A stretch of DNA of 64,000 bases. Source: Bacillales bacterium UBA7581 (GTDB taxonomy: Bacteria; Bacillota_I; Bacilli_A; RFN20; CAG-826). The notes under the pieces are model-generated. The model saw only the letters and a program-made list of their open reading frames with translations. It had not been told where the DNA came from and made no database searches. The DNA lies in contig DLKT01000003.1 of assembly GCA_002477825.1 (NCBI GenBank), forward strand, positions 4,158 through 68,157, written 5' to 3'. Below, one piece after another: positions 50,781-58,637 of this stretch; positions within the stretch are counted from its first letter, which is position 1; every line of letters begins with the position of its first letter. Made by a program: the position numbers and the translations under genes.

Positions 50781-51323
50781 ATGAGAAGAGTTCATAAAAT
50801 GGTTTTGACCGCATTGATGGTATCGGCGGCCTTCGTCATCGCAGTGTTGATGAAATTAATGCCTTTAATGGCAATGCCGAATGGCGGATCGATATCTTTA
50901 GCGATGTTACCTATCTTTATTGTAGGCTTTATGCTTGGACCTAAATATGGGTTCATGGCTGGAATTGCTTATGGTTTATTGAACTTCTTATCGGATGGAT
51001 ATGCATTTCACTGGGCTTCCTTAATATTTGACTATTTAGTAGCCTTTGGTTGTTTAGGTGTTAGTGGTTTCTTTGCTCGTTATGCATTACGAGGATATAA
51101 ACCTATTAACTATATTTACTTTGCATTAGGTATGATTATCCCATCCATTCTTCGTTTTGCATCCCACACCGTTTCTGGTGTTATTGCTTATGATACAGCA
51201 TGGATGGCATCAATTGCTTATAACGGACCTTATGTCTTTGCCTCAATGCTTTGTTGTTTAGTCGTTGGTTTCTTGATTTATCCATTCTTGATGAATTACA
51301 TGCAAGAAGAAAAAATCATATAA
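50781..51323 (+). CDS. thiT: Thiamine ECF-transporter S component ThiT
   Basis: ~180-aa 6-TM protein behind the TPP riboswitch. Resembles L. lactis ThiT (IFDYLVAFGCLGVSGFF; FASHTVSGVIAY). The ATG at 50781 follows GGGAGTGA. Confidence 0.8.
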   Translation: MRRVHKMVLTALMVSAAFVIAVLMKLMPLMAMPNGGSISLAMLPIFIVGFMLGPKYGFMAGIAYGLLNFLSDGYAFHWASLIFDYLVAFGCLGVSGFFARYALRGYKPINYIYFALGMIIPSILRFASHTVSGVIAYDTAWMASIAYNGPYVFASMLCCLVVGFLIYPFLMNYMQEEKII

Positions 51324-51362
51324 ATTCGGTTATCACTTTCTTTCCCCCAAGAAGGTAATAAT

Positions 51363-51393
51363 AAAAGGCGCAGCTTCTGAAGTTGCGCCTTTT
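51363..51393. terminator. Bidirectional terminator between thiT and htpG
   Basis: aaaaggcgca-N11-tgcgcctttt hairpin. Confidence 0.75.
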
Positions 51394-51409
51394 CCTTTAC
51401 TTATAATTT

Positions 51410-53329
51410 TTATTTTTTGGTTGCTTTTACCATTAATTTCGCAATGGCTTTACTAAAGCTTGCGGGATCTTTAAGCGTGAAGCCTTCAATTAATAAAGCT
51501 TGATCATAAAGAACTTTCGCTAATTCGTCGAATTCTTCTTTTTCACTTACATTTTCAAGAGCTTCTACGAGTTCATGATGTGGGTTAATTTCTAGAATCT
51601 TAGTCGCTTTAGCGTCTTCGCTATTTGGCATTTGATGTAAAACTTTTTCCATACCCATAGAAAGACCGCCTTCTTGAGAAACTAAGCAAACTGGAGAATC
51701 AACAAGACGAGTAGAGAAGCGAACATCTGCGACATCATCTTTTAATGAATCTTTCATACGATCGAGGAAGGATTTCTTTTCTTCTTCCATCTTTTTCACT
51801 TGTTCTTTTTCTTCATCGGAAGTAACTTCTAAGTTAGCTTCGCTAATATTTTTGAATTCAACACCATCATAATCGTGCATCATCATTAAAGCGAATTCAT
51901 CAACATCATCACTCAAAATTAAGACATCTAATTCGTTTTTGATAATGGCATCCATTTGAGGAAGACTGCGGATAGCGTCTTTTGAGGTACCAGTAACGAA
52001 ATAGATATATTTTTGATTCTCTTTCATTTGCTCTTTATATTGCTTTAAAGAAAGGGGTTGATCACTCTTTAAAGTTTTATAAACGAGTAAATCTTTTAAT
52101 AAATCTTTTCTTTGGCCATAGCTTTCATAAATACCATATTTTAAATGAGAGCCATACATTTCAAAGAATTTAAGATATTTATCGTAATCGGTATCTTTTA
52201 ATTTGGTCAATTCATTAATAATCTTTTTCTCTAGATTTGTGGCAATTTTATGAAGTTCTGCACTCTTTTGTAACATTTCTCGAGAAATGTTTAATGATAA
52301 ATCACTAGAGTCAACAAGACCTTTCATAAATTTCAAATAGTCAGGAATTAAATCCTTACATTTTTCCATAATGAAGACACCTTTGGTGTAGAGTTGTAAT
52401 CCTTTTTCATATTTTTCACTATATAAATCAAAAGGAACATTTCCTGGGATGTAGAGTAAAGCATCATAAGATAATAAACCTTCTACATGGAAGAACATAG
52501 AAGTTAATGGATCAGAATAATCATTGAATTTACTCTTATAAAATTCATTCTTTTCTTCTTCGGTAACTTCGCTTTTATTCTTTTTCCATAATGGAATCAT
52601 GGAATTTAAAGTCTTGTCTTCAATGTGTTTTGTGTATTTTCCTTCAATCACATTACCATTTTCATCTTTTTCCGGAATTTCTTCTTCGACTTCCATACGA
52701 ATTGGATAACGAATATAGTCGCTATATTTCTTCACGAGTTCTTCAATTTTCCAACTATCTAAGTAGGTATCATAATCCGCTTCTTCTTTGTTTTCACGTA
52801 AATAAAGGGTAATTGAAGTGCCGGCTTTACTTCTTTCGATTTCTTCAATGGTATAAGATTCTTCACCAGTGGAAGTGAAACGATAGGCGTGTTCATCTAC
52901 AATAGAACGAGTTTCTACGACTACTTTTTGAGCAACCATGAAGGCACTATAGAAACCAACACCGAATTGGCCGATAATATCAATTTCTTTGGCTTCACTT
53001 TGTGCTTCTTCAATTTTTTTCATGAATTCAGAAGAACCACTTTTGGCAATGGTACCTAAATTACTAACGAGTTCATCGTGGGTCATACCAATACCATCAT
53101 CAGTGAGGGTAATGGTACGATTTTCTTTGTCTACAGTGATACGAATTTCGGGATTTTCGGCATCGTGGATGTTTTCATTGGTTAAAGACATATAGTGTCT
53201 TTTATCCATAGCATCACTTGCATTAGAGATTAATTCTCTTAAGAAAATCTCTTGATTGGTATAAATAGAGTTAATCATTAAATCTAACAAACGTTTGGAT
53301 TCAGTTTTAAATTTTTTAGTTTCTTTCAT
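51410..53329 (-). CDS. htpG: Molecular chaperone HtpG (Hsp90)
   Basis: GHKL ATPase N-domain (LRELISNASDA, GQFGVGFYSAF) and full-length Hsp90 architecture. Confidence 0.97.
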   Translation of the reverse strand: MKETKKFKTESKRLLDLMINSIYTNQEIFLRELISNASDAMDKRHYMSLTNENIHDAENPEIRITVDKENRTITLTDDGIGMTHDELVSNLGTIAKSGSSEFMKKIEEAQSEAKEIDIIGQFGVGFYSAFMVAQKVVVETRSIVDEHAYRFTSTGEESYTIEEIERSKAGTSITLYLRENKEEADYDTYLDSWKIEELVKKYSDYIRYPIRMEVEEEIPEKDENGNVIEGKYTKHIEDKTLNSMIPLWKKNKSEVTEEEKNEFYKSKFNDYSDPLTSMFFHVEGLLSYDALLYIPGNVPFDLYSEKYEKGLQLYTKGVFIMEKCKDLIPDYLKFMKGLVDSSDLSLNISREMLQKSAELHKIATNLEKKIINELTKLKDTDYDKYLKFFEMYGSHLKYGIYESYGQRKDLLKDLLVYKTLKSDQPLSLKQYKEQMKENQKYIYFVTGTSKDAIRSLPQMDAIIKNELDVLILSDDVDEFALMMMHDYDGVEFKNISEANLEVTSDEEKEQVKKMEEEKKSFLDRMKDSLKDDVADVRFSTRLVDSPVCLVSQEGGLSMGMEKVLHQMPNSEDAKATKILEINPHHELVEALENVSEKEEFDELAKVLYDQALLIEGFTLKDPASFSKAIAKLMVKATKK

Positions 53330-53361
53330 AATTATATTCCTCCTTTTTAGGATACGAAAAC

Positions 53362-53390
53362 ATTATAGTTCACTATTTTAGCACTGTCAA
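53362..53390 (-). promoter_or_regulatory. Consensus sigma-A promoter of htpG
   Basis: On the minus strand: TTGACA (53390-53385), 17-nt spacer, TATAAT (53367-53362). Confidence 0.7.
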
Positions 53391-53404
53391 GCCAAGAGTG
53401 CTAA
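53378..53404. promoter_or_regulatory. CIRCE element (HrcA operator)
   Basis: TTAGCACTG-TCAAGCCAA-GAGTGCTAA versus consensus TTAGCACTC-N9-GAGTGCTAA (one mismatch). It overlaps the -35 of the htpG promoter. Confidence 0.85.
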
Positions 53405-53461
53405 AAAATATAAACGATTAAGATTGTATAATCGGCACAAAATATTTTAGAGGTGAACGAT

Positions 53462-55066
53462 ATGAAGAATCCTTTTCATAAAATGATGTTTCTATTAGCC
53501 ACAGTAGCGGTAATTTTCTCCACGCTTTCTTTGCTTAATTATCGCGAAGAAGACCTTATACAACCGAATGAAAATCAAATACAAAATTTTTTTAAAAAGC
53601 CAATAAAAAAAGAAAGTGAAGAAGTGTTTTCACCCCTTTCTTCTTTATATAAAGACAATAAAATTCATCATGCCGATAGCATGCTTCAAGAAGAAAATAT
53701 TATTTATTACATTCAAGAAAACACTATTCTTCGCTTTGATGAAGAAACGCTAGAATTTCAGTCCTATGCTTTATCTTCTTTTTACCCTGTTGAAATGCAA
53801 ATTTATCAACATCAACTCATTGTTTTTGGTGTCACTTCTAATGAAAAAATCATTGAAATTGATCAAGATAAATCTTTTCCTTATGCGGATTATGAATTTC
53901 AAATTGTATTTTTAGAAAAGAAAAATCTAAAGAAAATCCGACAAATTCGTTTTTATCACTGCTATTATATTGAGTCGCAAATTATGAATGGAAAAATGTA
54001 TTTTTCTTTAGGAACTACAGACATCGTAAACAAAGAAACTCAAGAATTTATTTATCCACGTTATAAAGATAGCTTTTATCCATTAGAACAAAAATTATCA
54101 AGCGATCAAATCTTTATGATGCAAGATGGACAGCCCGTGATGTCGATGACACTTTTATGTAAATTGAATCTGGATTTTTTGTTTAGTAATGTTACGATGA
54201 TCGGGCTACTGGGCATTGATGGAATGATTCAAATAACCCCTTCCTATGTGATTGTTTCTTGCTCTTCCTATCAAAAAATCATGTACACACATTTTTTATT
54301 CTTCTCTTTACGTCAATTTTCTTATGAAGGAAAAGTAACGTTAAAAGGATACTTAATGAACATAGAAGCGATGAATGTATATGAGGATTATTTTCGCGTA
54401 TTGTTATCCTATTATGAAGAAGAAGGCGTTTTCCACCAAGTATACAATGTCCGTATTTCTGATTTTCAGGTTTTGTCTACCAAGGAAGTAGCGCCTTTAG
54501 AAAACATTTATTGTATGCGGTATAAAGATAATTTCCTTTATATCTCGGCTTTTCAATATATTGATCCTTTATATGTTCTTGATTTTTCTAATCCGATGAA
54601 AATTCAAACTATTTTAAAAAAGGAAACTCAATGGGTACAAGAATATATTGAAATCCATGATGATTTTATTTTTACAGTAGGCAGGAAAATAGACCAAGAT
54701 TTAATGCCGAAAGAGACGGTTTTTAGCATCCTTCATCCAGAGACACTCGATGTATTAAATAGCTATACGTTAGATGAAAATATTTCTTTACAAGTCATAT
54801 GGAATGAACGGTCCGTAATTCAAAGAGACAATGAGTGGTTCTTTTTAGGATTTATCGAACAGAAATCATTTATTTTTCGTATAAAGATAACAACTTCTAT
54901 AGAATATTTAACGCCGATTTTGCTTTATGAAAATTGGCTACAACGTATAGTTTTTGGTCAAAAGTACTTGATTGCTTTTGGCTATGAAGGTCTCTATTTA
55001 TATCATATAAATGATTTTTCTTTAGCAAAAACTTTTACCTATCAAAGAAAAGATGAAAATCGCTAA
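53462..55066 (+). CDS. Membrane-anchored beta-propeller domain protein (PF09826-like), function unknown
   Basis: N-terminal signal anchor (MMFLLATVAVIFSTLSLL). ENIYCMRYKDNFLYISAFQYIDPLYVLDFSNP resembles the R-F...Y.VTF.Q.DPLF.IDLS.P core of the Beta_propel family, recalled from memory. The ATG at 53462 follows AGAGGTGA. Confidence 0.55.
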   Translation: MKNPFHKMMFLLATVAVIFSTLSLLNYREEDLIQPNENQIQNFFKKPIKKESEEVFSPLSSLYKDNKIHHADSMLQEENIIYYIQENTILRFDEETLEFQSYALSSFYPVEMQIYQHQLIVFGVTSNEKIIEIDQDKSFPYADYEFQIVFLEKKNLKKIRQIRFYHCYYIESQIMNGKMYFSLGTTDIVNKETQEFIYPRYKDSFYPLEQKLSSDQIFMMQDGQPVMSMTLLCKLNLDFLFSNVTMIGLLGIDGMIQITPSYVIVSCSSYQKIMYTHFLFFSLRQFSYEGKVTLKGYLMNIEAMNVYEDYFRVLLSYYEEEGVFHQVYNVRISDFQVLSTKEVAPLENIYCMRYKDNFLYISAFQYIDPLYVLDFSNPMKIQTILKKETQWVQEYIEIHDDFIFTVGRKIDQDLMPKETVFSILHPETLDVLNSYTLDENISLQVIWNERSVIQRDNEWFFLGFIEQKSFIFRIKITTSIEYLTPILLYENWLQRIVFGQKYLIAFGYEGLYLYHINDFSLAKTFTYQRKDENR

Positions 55067-55125
55067 TTTTCTTTATCATCTTTTATGGTATAATACTATT
55101 AATTTATGAATAGGAGAAATCGCCC

Positions 55126-56124
55126 ATGGAAGAAAATAAAGAAGAATTAGTGGTTGAAGAAACTAAAGAAGAAACCAAAGGTGAAGAACTAGCACCAAAA
55201 GAAGAATCAGAAGAAAAGGAACCTAAAAAAGCTTCAAAAGAGAAGACTTTTCAAAAAATAGAAGAAAATCGTAAATCATTCTATGACGCTTATAATAAAC
55301 AAAAAAAGCAAAATACATGGATTATCGTTATTTTTGGTATAGCCGCTATCTCGATTTTCCTTGCTCTTAACAAATATATTTATATTGCTTTTATTATCGT
55401 TGCCGTTTTGATGGTTATTTTATATTTCTATTCTAAAAAGATGAAAGAGGCTATGGAAAAGAAAATCCAAGATTATATTTCAGAGTTTTATAACCTTTCC
55501 AATGATTTTGCTTTTTCAAATACCGCTTTTCATGATTTAACATTTGAACCACAAACCAAAATTGAAGAAAAAGCATTTACGGATTCCGGTTTCATTAATG
55601 GCATTACTCATGTAGCTAGCCGTAATATGGCAAAAGGTAAATTAAAAGAAATGAACTTCCAGGCTTTTGATTGTGTGGCGAAAATTGTTGCTAAAAATAA
55701 AGAAGAAGTATGTTTCTTAGGTAAGTTCTTTACTTTTGAACAAGCTGAACATTACGACTATAAAACCTTGATTTATATTCCTTCTAAAGATCCAAATGGC
55801 GCAGGTCCTAATGATTTAGAGGGATTAGAAGAAAAGAAAGAATTAGGCAATTCTCATTTAAGAGTGTGGAGCAACGATCCTAATGTTAGTCGTATTTTCA
55901 CTAAAAAAGTCTATGATGCTTTAGCTAAATTTGAACCTAATGATTGCTTGGTAGATGTCGCTATTAGCATCAAAGAAGATAAGATTTATGTGGCATTAAG
56001 CTATGAAAATGAATTGATGGTGTTACCACTTTTAGAACCATTTAAAGAAGGACCAACTCTTCAATATACTGAAGATTTGAAAAAAGTTGCAGCCCTGATG
56101 GATGTTCTTCATATCAAGGCCTAA
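55126..56124 (+). CDS. Hypothetical membrane protein with acidic/Lys-rich N-terminal tail and two TM helices
   Basis: AGGAGAA SD. N-terminal 45 aa are E/K-rich, followed by two adjacent TM segments (WIIVIFGIAAISIFLAL / IYIAFIIVAVLMVILYFY) and a ~230-aa soluble domain. Possibly DUF3137-like (weak recollection). Confidence 0.4.
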   Translation: MEENKEELVVEETKEETKGEELAPKEESEEKEPKKASKEKTFQKIEENRKSFYDAYNKQKKQNTWIIVIFGIAAISIFLALNKYIYIAFIIVAVLMVILYFYSKKMKEAMEKKIQDYISEFYNLSNDFAFSNTAFHDLTFEPQTKIEEKAFTDSGFINGITHVASRNMAKGKLKEMNFQAFDCVAKIVAKNKEEVCFLGKFFTFEQAEHYDYKTLIYIPSKDPNGAGPNDLEGLEEKKELGNSHLRVWSNDPNVSRIFTKKVYDALAKFEPNDCLVDVAISIKEDKIYVALSYENELMVLPLLEPFKEGPTLQYTEDLKKVAALMDVLHIKA

Positions 56125-56173
56125 AAGTTGGCAAAAAAAGGTAACATATAGAAAAATATATATAAGTTATATA

Positions 56174-56202
56174 TTGAAATATATAAAAGTATTCGGTAGA
56201 AT
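56174..56202 (+). promoter_or_regulatory. Candidate promoter of hydCBA embedded in the terminator hairpin
   Basis: TTGAAA (56174-56179), 17-nt spacer, TAGAAT (56197-56202). The -10 lies in the hairpin loop. Confidence 0.4.
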
Positions 56203-56220
56203 ATTATCGAATACTTTTTT
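56185..56220 (+). terminator. Rho-independent terminator after the 55126-56124 gene
   Basis: aaaagtattcg-N12-cgaatactttt 11-bp hairpin followed by Ts. Confidence 0.75.
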
Positions 56221-56240
56221 AAGTTTTAGGGAGGGCATAT

Positions 56241-56729
56241 ATGGCTCATTTAAGTGAAGCTGCGGTCAAGCAAATCCATGAGATCATTAACCGCTATAAG
56301 GAGGAAAAAACTCCTTTAATGATGATCTTAAGTGACATCCAAAAAGAGTATGGCTACATTCCTTTAGAGGTACAAGAACTCGTATCTGAAGAAACAGGAA
56401 TTTCAGTCGCAGAAATTTATGGCGTTGTCACATTCTATTCTTTCTTTTCCCTTAATCCAAAAGGTCGCTATGTGATCGGTTGTTGTTTAGGGACTGCTTG
56501 TTACGTGAAAGGAGCACAACAAGTTATCGACAAATTCTCCGATATTTTAGGCATTCAACCTGGTGAAACCACCGAAGATGGTATGTTTACGATTGATGCC
56601 TTACGCTGCATTGGTGCATGTGGTATCGCACCAGCCGTTTCTATTAATGGTAAGGTTTATCCAAAAGTGGCTGTAAATGATGTACCTCACATCATTGATG
56701 AATATCGTAAATTAGGAGGTGAGCAATAA
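56241..56729 (+). CDS. hydC: [FeFe] hydrogenase subunit HydC (NuoE-like 2Fe-2S thioredoxin-fold ferredoxin)
   Basis: NuoE-family Cys pattern (CLGTAC ... CIGACGIAP). First gene of a NuoE/NuoF/hydrogenase triplet. Confidence 0.88.
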   Translation: MAHLSEAAVKQIHEIINRYKEEKTPLMMILSDIQKEYGYIPLEVQELVSEETGISVAEIYGVVTFYSFFSLNPKGRYVIGCCLGTACYVKGAQQVIDKFSDILGIQPGETTEDGMFTIDALRCIGACGIAPAVSINGKVYPKVAVNDVPHIIDEYRKLGGEQ

Positions 56730-58624
56730 TGCTACATTCTGTGGAAGAATTTGAAAAGAAAGTGAGCACTTGCTCGCACTGCTTAGATCAAAAATTTGCC
56801 GGTTTAGAAGGCAAACGTGCAATCGTGTTATGTGGTGGTACTGGATGTTTATCCAGCCATTCTCACGAAATTAAAGAAAAATTTGAACAATTAATTCACG
56901 AAAAAGGAATAGAAGATGAAGTAACCGTTAACCACGTTGGTTGCTTTGGCTTCTGCTCTCAAGGACCTTTCGTTAAGATTTATCCTGAAGACACCCTTTA
57001 TCGTTTAGTAAAACTTGAAGATGTTGAAGAAATCTTCGAAAAAGATATCCTCAACCATGAAGTTGTGGAACGTTTATTATTCGTCGATCCAGCAACCCAT
57101 GAAAAAGTCGCTAAACAGGATGATATTAACTTCTACAAAAAGCAAGTTCGTATTGCTTTACATGGTTGCGGAAAAATTAACCCAGAAGACATCAATGAAG
57201 CTTTAGGCGAAGGTGCTTTCCAAGGATTAATTCGCGCTCTTTCTATGAAGAGAGAAGACGTCATTAAAGAAGTTTTAGATGCTGGCTTACGCGGCCGTGG
57301 TGGCGGTGGCTTCCCAACCGGTCGTAAATGGCAATTTGCTTTTGCTCAAGATAACGATGAAAAATACGTTGTCTGTAATGGTGATGAGGGTGACCCAGGT
57401 GCCTTTATGGACCGTTCCATTTTGGAAGGTAACCCACTCAACGTTATTGAAGGTATGATGATTGCTGGTTATGCAATTGGTGCGAAAAATGGTTATTTCT
57501 ATGTTCGTGCTGAATACCCAATCGCCGTCAATCGTTTACGTATCGCCATTCAACAAGCCAAAGAACTTGGTTTATTAGGTGAAAATATTTTAGGCACAGG
57601 TTTCTCCTTTGATGTCCATATTCGTTTAGGCGCTGGCGCTTTCGTTTGTGGTGAAGAAACTGCCTTATTAAATTCTATCGAAGGTCAACGTGGTATGCCG
57701 CGTCCAAGACCACCATTCCCAGCTGTTAAAGGTTTATGGGGAAAACCAACGATTATTAATAACGTTGAAACCTTAGCGTGCGTTCCTTTCATTTTAAGAG
57801 AAGGCGCAAAGAAATTCGCTAGCTATGGTACTGAAAAATCGAAAGGTACGAAAGTCTTCGCGTTAGGCGGAAAGATTAATAACGTTGGCTTAGTAGAAAT
57901 TCCAATGGGAACTACTTTAAGAGAATTAATTTATGATATTGGTGGTGGCATTCCAAATGGTAAGGAATTCAAAGCTATTCAAACTGGTGGACCTTCCGGT
58001 GGATGCTTAACCAAAGAATACTTAGATACTCCAATTGATTTTGATAACTTAGTTGCTTTAGGATCCATGATGGGTTCTGGTGGCGCTATCGTTATGGACG
58101 AAGATAACTGTATGGTTGACGTTGCTAAATTCTATCTCGAATTTATTTGCGACGAATCTTGCGGTAAATGTTCTCCATGCCGTATCGGTACCAAGAGAAT
58201 GTTAGAAATCTTAACCAAGATTACCAATGGTAAAGGTACCATGGAAGATTTAGAAGCTCTAGAAGAATTAGCACAATCCGTTAAGACGGGTTCACTCTGT
58301 GGCTTAGGACAAACTGCTCCAAACCCAATTCTTTCTACCTTATCTCACTTCCGTGATGAATATTTAGCGCACATCGTTGATAAGAGATGTCCAGCTAAAG
58401 TCTGTAAGCATTTAATGCAATACCATATTGAAGAGAATAAGTGCGTTGGTTGTGGACTCTGCGCTCGTAACTGTCCAGTTGCGGCTATCCATAAAACGGA
58501 TAAGATTCCCGCTGGAAAACCAGAAACTACACCACTTCGTATTCATCTCATCGAACAAGAAAAATGTATCAAGTGTGGCTTATGTCAAGCAAACTGCCGC
58601 TTTGGTGCAATCATAAAGAAGTAA
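56729..58624 (+). CDS. hydB: [FeFe] hydrogenase subunit HydB (NuoF-like, FMN/NADH-binding, Fe-S)
   Basis: GRGGGGFPTGRKW FMN/NADH site, CGKCSPCRIG 4Fe-4S, C-terminal 2x[4Fe-4S] (CVGCGLCARNCP, CIKCGLCQANC), N-terminal 2Fe-2S thioredoxin-like domain. Confidence 0.92.
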   Translation: MLHSVEEFEKKVSTCSHCLDQKFAGLEGKRAIVLCGGTGCLSSHSHEIKEKFEQLIHEKGIEDEVTVNHVGCFGFCSQGPFVKIYPEDTLYRLVKLEDVEEIFEKDILNHEVVERLLFVDPATHEKVAKQDDINFYKKQVRIALHGCGKINPEDINEALGEGAFQGLIRALSMKREDVIKEVLDAGLRGRGGGGFPTGRKWQFAFAQDNDEKYVVCNGDEGDPGAFMDRSILEGNPLNVIEGMMIAGYAIGAKNGYFYVRAEYPIAVNRLRIAIQQAKELGLLGENILGTGFSFDVHIRLGAGAFVCGEETALLNSIEGQRGMPRPRPPFPAVKGLWGKPTIINNVETLACVPFILREGAKKFASYGTEKSKGTKVFALGGKINNVGLVEIPMGTTLRELIYDIGGGIPNGKEFKAIQTGGPSGGCLTKEYLDTPIDFDNLVALGSMMGSGGAIVMDEDNCMVDVAKFYLEFICDESCGKCSPCRIGTKRMLEILTKITNGKGTMEDLEALEELAQSVKTGSLCGLGQTAPNPILSTLSHFRDEYLAHIVDKRCPAKVCKHLMQYHIEENKCVGCGLCARNCPVAAIHKTDKIPAGKPETTPLRIHLIEQEKCIKCGLCQANCRFGAIIKK

Positions 58625-58637
58625 GGAGAGAAGAACA

